A DNA stretch of 64,000 nucleotides. Origin: Candidatus Aminicenantes bacterium (GTDB taxonomy: Bacteria; Acidobacteriota; Aminicenantia; Aminicenantales; JAFGBC01). Positions 58,141 to 64,000 of this stretch are shown in pieces. The notes under the pieces were generated by a model that was given only the letters and a program-made list of their open reading frames with translations, ran no database searches and was not told where the DNA came from. The stretch covers positions 224,001 through 288,000 of the forward strand of contig OY969696.1 in assembly GCA_963702005.1 (NCBI GenBank), read 5' to 3'. Both the position numbers and the translations under genes were made by a program. Positions within the stretch are counted from its first letter, which is position 1, and each line of letters starts with the position of its first letter.

Positions 58141-59601
58141 TCAATCGGCCAAATGGGGGAACGTCGAGATCCCGCTCCACGCATCAAAGGGAAAGGTGTC
58201 GACGATCAGGTTGTTGACGACGGCTAACGGCCCGCCGGGAAAGACGAAAATGATCGGCCTGCGGCCATATTGGACACCGATGGACCCCTTCGTAACATAC
58301 TTGTTCTTCAGCGCCACGCCTCCGGTCCGGGCGTTGATATCGTAGAGGGAGAATTGCTGTTCGCTGGGATGATCGGCCATATAATCGTCTTTCTTCACGA
58401 GGTTAGTCGTGTGGATTCTCGACAGGAAGAGCTGCGGCGTCCCGGAGGCTGCGGAAGCGACGATCGGCGAGAACGAGTCATATTCGTAATAGATCTCATA
58501 GGCCGGATCATAGGCAAGTCTATGCGCCAGAGTGCTGATGGCCAGCGTCTTGGTCTGAACGGTGTGGCCCTCGGAGTTGAGCCGGACAAGGCTGAATCCG
58601 AATTGATATTTGTCCAGCTTTCGCTGGGCTTGGGAAATCGCCTTGGCTGTTTTTATGAACAGCCACTGGTCCGTCGTTGATCCGGGATAAGGCGCAAGCG
58701 CCAGATCTCCGAAGGTCATCGACGTATCCTTGCTGTATTTGATCTGGGTGAGAAGGACTACTGGCTGAGAGGTGTCGCTGCCGATGGCGAGTATCGAGGT
58801 TTCGCCGAGATAGATGTCATCCTCCCCGCCGGGGCTCAGGTAAACATAATCCGAGACCGGGACCAGCCAATAACTGCCGTTCCAGGCGGGGCGATAGACC
58901 GAGCAACCTACGAGGCTCCCATCGCCATAGACGGGGGTCGAGATGAGGGAATGCGTCGGCTGGCCGTTTTTGATGTTGGCCTCGAAGAAATAGACCAAGG
59001 ATTTCTGATTCCGCCATGGCTCGGCGTAGGCAACCCAGACGCTGAAGACGACCCCGATGAGGTCGCCCCTGTTGGTGGCGTTCAGCCGGGCGTCGACCAC
59101 GTAAGTGTTTTGCGGCGTGCTCAGATTCCAGATCTCTTTCCAGCCGCTCGTCCGTTGGCCCGACGCGTTGAATTTGGCGATCCGGAGCGACAGCGCCGAC
59201 CATTCGGGGTTGCTGTGCGCGGTTTCGAACAGGGCGTAGACCAACCCATAGCCGGATCCGCTGGAGGTAATCCAGAGCGCGGCGATTTTTCGGATCTCTC
59301 CCATCCCCGAGCCGAACATCCGGCCGCGGGTCGTGACGCCGCTGCCCGTCAGCTGGTAGGTGAGAAGGCTGTTGACAAAGCCGGTTGAGGTCATATTGCC
59401 GGCAAAGGCCACGCCGGAGGATTTCGAAACCGGGACCATATCATAGATCCCCGCGCTATGGCTGAAGCCTTGCGGAAAAAACCACGTGACCCGATAATCG
59501 GGCACGGCGCCGTCGTTTGGCGGAGCCGCCGGTCGCACGCCCGGCAGGAGAATTCCCCCCATTAACATGAGGATTGCGATCCCGCCCATAAACTTCTTCA
59601 T
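58141..59601 (-). CDS. Secreted paralog 3 of tandem array (unknown function)
   Basis: RBS GGAGGG, signal peptide; PQGFSHSAGIYDMVPVS, RPAWNGSYWLVP, FPGGPLAVVNN. Confidence 0.82.
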   Translation of the reverse strand: MKKFMGGIAILMLMGGILLPGVRPAAPPNDGAVPDYRVTWFFPQGFSHSAGIYDMVPVSKSSGVAFAGNMTSTGFVNSLLTYQLTGSGVTTRGRMFGSGMGEIRKIAALWITSSGSGYGLVYALFETAHSNPEWSALSLRIAKFNASGQRTSGWKEIWNLSTPQNTYVVDARLNATNRGDLIGVVFSVWVAYAEPWRNQKSLVYFFEANIKNGQPTHSLISTPVYGDGSLVGCSVYRPAWNGSYWLVPVSDYVYLSPGGEDDIYLGETSILAIGSDTSQPVVLLTQIKYSKDTSMTFGDLALAPYPGSTTDQWLFIKTAKAISQAQRKLDKYQFGFSLVRLNSEGHTVQTKTLAISTLAHRLAYDPAYEIYYEYDSFSPIVASAASGTPQLFLSRIHTTNLVKKDDYMADHPSEQQFSLYDINARTGGVALKNKYVTKGSIGVQYGRRPIIFVFPGGPLAVVNNLIVDTFPFDAWSGISTFPHLAD

Positions 59602-59748
59602 TTCCGCTTCCCTCCTCGGACTCAATTTATCCTTGCTCGGAAGAATACACTGGCAGGGCCTCAAAGTAAAGACAGTTTCTCGATCTCCCCGGCGCGGAGG
59701 GTCCGAGGGCGGCCGCGGCGGATCGCCTCCGCCGCCGGCCGGGACGCG

Positions 59749-61302
59749 TCAGCGGGCGGTCACATCCGAGACCTTGATGCCGTGGATGTCGAGGCTCGAG
59801 CCGACCGACCTCTCGTAGCGAGCCCAGGACAGATTGTAGTCGATGAGGGACTTGATCTCCATGGACCGGGCGTTGGCCAGCTCCTCTTGGTACTGGAGGA
59901 CGAAATAATTCGTCGTCAGCCCGACCCGGAGCTTCTTCTCCTCGGCCTCGAGGCGCTTCTCGGCCAGCTCACGGGCAAGCTTGTAGGCGTTGACCCGCTT
60001 GGCGTCGGTCTCGATGCTCCGGACGGCGTCCAAGACCTCGAGCATCACTTGCTGTTCCTGGGCCTTGAGCCGGGCCATGTTCTGGCCGAGGTCAAGCTTG
60101 GCCTGGGCGTACTGAGACCGGGTCAGGAAATTCGACAGGGGGAGGCTCAGGGTCAGCCCGACCGTCCAGTTGTTGTAGAGGAGCCTCATCGCGTCGCGCA
60201 GGGAACCGGAAGCGCTCCCCTTCTCCTTCCCGATGATGACCCCCAGGAACGGATTATCGTCGAGATATTTGATCCGGTCGCCCGAGATGCCGGGGCTCCA
60301 GTAGGAAACCTGGAGGTCCAGCCCGGGGAGCATCTGGTTGCGGGCGACGCTGAAGTTGATCTCGCTCGACTCGATCGTCTTACGCGACGACTCGAGGTCG
60401 GGCCGCCGTGACAGGGCCTCGCTCAAGGCCGCGTCGAGCGAAACGTCCTTTTTCTCGAAGGAGGGCTTATCGGCGGGGATGATCCGCCGGGCCGCCTCGT
60501 CCCTCGACAGGTTAACGATGCTCTTGAGGACGTCCTCGCTCCGCGTGATCAGGGATTCGGCCTGGAGGATGTCGGCCTCCCGCTGAGCGACGACCGCTTC
60601 GGCGTTCAGGACCTCAAGCGGGGCCAGCACTCCGACGTCGACTTCCTTGCGGCTCTTGGCCAGGAGGTCCCGCGCGAGCTGGAGGGACTGCTGGTTGACC
60701 TTGTAGCTCTCAATAGCATAGACGAGGTTCCAGTAAGCCTCCTGGACCTGGTAGAGCGTGTCCTGGAGGGTCGTCCGGAGCTGGCTGCGCGAGATGTCCA
60801 GGTTGTTCTGGGCGATCAGGATTTCCCTCCGGCTGACCTTGAACCCGAAGTTGCGGAGGAGGGGCTGGGTGATGTCGAGGCGGAGCGTGCTGCCGTAGCG
60901 GGGGTTGATGAGCTGGAAGGACTCGTTCGTCTCGGACCGGTAGCTGGCCAGGGACAGCGAAATGTCGGCGCCGCTCGGGACCCGCTGCACGAGGGTCGCC
61001 CCGTAGTCTTTCTGATTGGTTTTGATCGTCCCCGCGCCCTGGAGCCACCAGTAGGGAGGGTTCTCGTTCTTCTGGGAGTTATAGGTGAGGTCGAGCCGGG
61101 GCAGGAAGGCTTCCTTGGCCAGGGACACGCCGGCATCGGCGAGCTCGGGGCCGTAGTAAGAAACGGCCACATTGAGGTTGTTCTTGAGGGCCTTGAGGAT
61201 GGCGTCTTCGAGCGAAAGCGTCAGGCCTTTTTGGTCCTGGCCGAATCCCGTTCCCAGGGCCGTCAGGAAAACGATCGAACACAGTGCGATGGTCTTTTTC
61301 AC
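59749..61302 (-). CDS. TolC-family outer membrane protein
   Basis: LSLEDAILKALKNN, ITQPLLRNFG, VQEAYWNL, RNQMLPGLDL, GLTTNYFVLQYQ. Confidence 0.92.
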   Translation of the reverse strand: MKKTIALCSIVFLTALGTGFGQDQKGLTLSLEDAILKALKNNLNVAVSYYGPELADAGVSLAKEAFLPRLDLTYNSQKNENPPYWWLQGAGTIKTNQKDYGATLVQRVPSGADISLSLASYRSETNESFQLINPRYGSTLRLDITQPLLRNFGFKVSRREILIAQNNLDISRSQLRTTLQDTLYQVQEAYWNLVYAIESYKVNQQSLQLARDLLAKSRKEVDVGVLAPLEVLNAEAVVAQREADILQAESLITRSEDVLKSIVNLSRDEAARRIIPADKPSFEKKDVSLDAALSEALSRRPDLESSRKTIESSEINFSVARNQMLPGLDLQVSYWSPGISGDRIKYLDDNPFLGVIIGKEKGSASGSLRDAMRLLYNNWTVGLTLSLPLSNFLTRSQYAQAKLDLGQNMARLKAQEQQVMLEVLDAVRSIETDAKRVNAYKLARELAEKRLEAEEKKLRVGLTTNYFVLQYQEELANARSMEIKSLIDYNLSWARYERSVGSSLDIHGIKVSDVTAR

Positions 61303-61481
61303 GTCAGTCCTCCTCGCGTACGGTGGCCCCCGTGGGCCCATCTGACAAGACGAAAACGGACAAATTCGCGCTCATCTTTAATTATATACGCAGGAGCGGC
61401 GCCCGAGTTCACGGAAACGCGATCCGGCCGCCCGTCGCCCCGCCTTGACAATCCGGCCGGACTCCGCTAATAGTCAGACAG

Positions 61482-63866
61482 ATGAGAAAGGCGATCATTC
61501 GCTTCGGACCGGGAGCGCTGATCCTGTCGCTGGTCCTGAGCCTTTATATCCTTTTTCTGAGACAGGCGCCCCGGTTCACGATCGACGCCCATTCGCTCCG
61601 GATCTCGCCCTTCTCTCTGCTGAGCCGTGGCCTTATCCTCCTCGTCTTCCTCGTCATCCTCTGGGAAGGTTATTCCCGGGGAACCGCGGCGCTCCTCCAT
61701 CTCAGGCCGGACGAAGTCCTGGCCCGGGACCGGCTCAGCTATATACCTCTGCTGTTCCTGGCGCTTGTCCCGCTGGTTTCCCTCCACTACATCGGCGCGA
61801 ATGACCTGACCGATCGGATCTGCCTTTTCGGCCTGGCGGCCCTGGCGGCGGTCCTTTATCTCAAGGCCGTCCAGCTCGCCCGCCTCTCGACGGCCCCCGA
61901 ATCGCCGCTTCAAACTTGGCCGGCGCGTCTCAAGCGTCTTGCGTTGAGGAAAAAACTCGTCCTGCTGTTCGCGGCCGGCCTCCTCCTCATGAACCTCGGC
62001 TCCCTCAAGCTTCTTCGGGAAGGGAACACGTTCACGGGCGACGAGCCCCACTACCTGCTCATCGCCCACAGCCTGCTCGCGGACGGCGACCTCGACCTCG
62101 CCAACAACTATGCTGAGAAAGACTACGAAGCCTACATGCCGGCCGGCGTCGTCCTCGATCCTCATACCGTGCCCGGCGCGAAGCCGGGAAGCCGGTATTC
62201 CTTCCATTCCCCGGGAACCGCCTTTTACCTCCTGCCCTTCTACGCCCTGGGCAGGCTCTTCGGCCGGGACGGCCTCGTCCTCTTCGTCCGGTTCGGAATG
62301 AGTCTCATCGGCGCCCTGTTCGGCCTTCAGCTGTTCCTGTTTGCCCGCTGGGAATGGGGCCGCGAATCCCTGGCCTTCTGGCTCTGGCTCTTGGTCTCCT
62401 TCTCGACGCCCGTCTATTTCTATTCCATCCATGTCTACGCGGAGCTCTTCGTCGGATTGTTCGCCCTGACCATCTTCAGGCACTTCCGTCACAAGCGTCC
62501 GCTGCCGGCCGGGAAGCTTCTCGTCTGCGGATTGCTCTTGTCCTTCTTCCTCTGGTTCCATGCCCTGAAATATCTTTTTCTGCTCGCCCCCTTCGGCCTG
62601 TACGCCGTCTGGGTTCTGGTCCGGAGGCAGCGGAACTTCAGGAGTCTGGCGAGCTTCCTCGTTTTCCCGGTGACGATCACCGGCCTCTACTTCGTTTTCC
62701 AAAAAGTCTTCTACGGCTCCATCTCCCTATCGACGGTCTCCTGGAGAGGAAGCCTGGGGACGGGAGAGAGCCTGTCCTATCTCAAGTGGCTCCTGACCGG
62801 CATACCCTTCCGTTTCCGCTGGGAAACGCTGGCGGGCTATTTCCTCGACCAGCGAGATGGCCTCCTGCTCTACGCGCCCATCTTTTTTTTCGCGTTCCTG
62901 GGGATCATCGAAATGGCGCGGCGCCGTTTCAAGGGACTCCTCGTCCTCCTCTTCCTGACGGCGCCCTACGTCTTCGTCTCGGCCTTCCTGACCCAGCGGG
63001 CGGGCTACGCCCCCCAGGCGCGGCCGCTGGTGTCGGTCATTTGGGCTCTGGCCGTTCCCGTCGGCTATTTTCTTGCCTATAACGCCAAGACTCTATTTCT
63101 CCGGCTCTTCAATATCGCGGCCGGCCTCGGATTCTTCTTTGTCTGGCTTCTCCTCCAGAATCCGCTCTTCCTTTATCAGGAAACGACCCAGGGGACGACC
63201 GAGCGGGGCGGAGGGATTTTCTATGTTCTCAGCAACTTGCACTTCCGCCTTCCGGACTTTCTCCCCTCCTATATCAAGGTCGAGGAAACCGGCTGGCTCC
63301 CGAACACGGTCTGGATCGGAATCCTGGCCGTCTTTGTCATCGCCTATCTTCTCATCCGGCCGCGGCCGCCGGAGAGGAAGGCCGCGATTCCGATGCCGCT
63401 CCACGTCGCGTTCGCCTCGGGCGCTCTCGTGCTCGTCTTTTTCTGGATCGCCTTCTATCCCCGGCTCGTCCTGTATACGCCCGTCAAAGTCGCCTTCACC
63501 TCCAGGGAGAGAATCACGTTCTATTCGCTGTCCCGGGTGGCCCGGATGAAGGAACCGGGACGGTTCGCCCTTCTCGAGGATAACCGTTCCTACACATTCA
63601 CCTTCACCTCCCCGCGCCGGCTCCAAGAATTGAACCTCGAAGTCGGCTCGGAGCAGGGGGATTACCGGACCAGGCTGATCCTTTTCGATAAGCCCGTTTT
63701 CGACGAAGAAACGCGGCGGGAGTTCAAGACCGTCTCGATCCCGGCGCCCCCTTCCTACAAGCTCGGAAAGCTCAGTCTCTACATGGTCACGATCGAACTC
63801 GAGCGCCGCTCGGACGTCGAGACCGCCCTCAATCCCTTCCTGTTCGCCCTCCGACCGGTCAGCTGA
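61482..63866 (+). CDS. Polytopic membrane protein, GT-C-like
   Basis: TGDEPHYLLIAHSLLADGDLDL, FLDQRDGLLLYAP, QARPL; many TM helices. Confidence 0.8.
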   Translation: MRKAIIRFGPGALILSLVLSLYILFLRQAPRFTIDAHSLRISPFSLLSRGLILLVFLVILWEGYSRGTAALLHLRPDEVLARDRLSYIPLLFLALVPLVSLHYIGANDLTDRICLFGLAALAAVLYLKAVQLARLSTAPESPLQTWPARLKRLALRKKLVLLFAAGLLLMNLGSLKLLREGNTFTGDEPHYLLIAHSLLADGDLDLANNYAEKDYEAYMPAGVVLDPHTVPGAKPGSRYSFHSPGTAFYLLPFYALGRLFGRDGLVLFVRFGMSLIGALFGLQLFLFARWEWGRESLAFWLWLLVSFSTPVYFYSIHVYAELFVGLFALTIFRHFRHKRPLPAGKLLVCGLLLSFFLWFHALKYLFLLAPFGLYAVWVLVRRQRNFRSLASFLVFPVTITGLYFVFQKVFYGSISLSTVSWRGSLGTGESLSYLKWLLTGIPFRFRWETLAGYFLDQRDGLLLYAPIFFFAFLGIIEMARRRFKGLLVLLFLTAPYVFVSAFLTQRAGYAPQARPLVSVIWALAVPVGYFLAYNAKTLFLRLFNIAAGLGFFFVWLLLQNPLFLYQETTQGTTERGGGIFYVLSNLHFRLPDFLPSYIKVEETGWLPNTVWIGILAVFVIAYLLIRPRPPERKAAIPMPLHVAFASGALVLVFFWIAFYPRLVLYTPVKVAFTSRERITFYSLSRVARMKEPGRFALLEDNRSYTFTFTSPRRLQELNLEVGSEQGDYRTRLILFDKPVFDEETRREFKTVSIPAPPSYKLGKLSLYMVTIELERRSDVETALNPFLFALRPVS

Positions 63867-64000
63867 ATATCCGGAACTTGAGAATCCCCTTCTTGTGGAG
63901 CTTGAACTTGAGGAGCGTCAAGAGGATGGACAAGCCATAGACGACGCTCCGCCCAAATCCGATCCGGGAGGCCTCCTCGAAGTAGCGGGTCTCGATCGGG
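63859..64000 (-). CDS. 3' end of a probable glycosyltransferase family 2 gene (start outside window)
   Basis: PIETRYFEEASRIGFGRSVVYGL...RIFS* read manually. Confidence 0.7.
   Translation of the reverse strand, partial: PIETRYFEEASRIGFGRSVVYGLSILLTLLKFKLHKKGILKFRIFS

Overview
A GC-rich bacterial chromosomal window. Gene content (6-bladed beta-propeller, SBBP-repeat and FG-GAP proteins, DUF4097/ECF modules, GH47/GH36/GH116) suggests Ca. Aminicenantes or a relative; that assignment is inference. It is mostly housekeeping and envelope genes (kdpC, purF, purM, murJ, gapN, pit, glycosyltransferases, TolC, tRNA-Ala) mixed with accessory blocks: a PIN toxin-antitoxin pair, an arsenic operon, two ECF/anti-sigma/DUF4097 operons, an sqr-tusE pair and a tandem array of unknown secreted paralogs. 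No CRISPR array, transposase, integrase or phage gene was seen. The most unusual signals are: (1) an orphan ~250-nt fully nested rod-like RNA structure at 43600-43856; (2) a membrane-anchored Xis/BldC-like HTH + FG-GAP protein next to 10-bp-phased direct repeats over a divergent promoter; (3) a kinase-less KdpD sensor fused to a PTS EIIA domain; (4) an AbrB-radical SAM-SPASM enzyme translationally coupled to acr3; (5) a low-GC SBBP cassette bounded by a perfect hairpin and duplicated, diverged gene 3' ends; (6) repeated internal-deletion scars that keep gene starts and ends.
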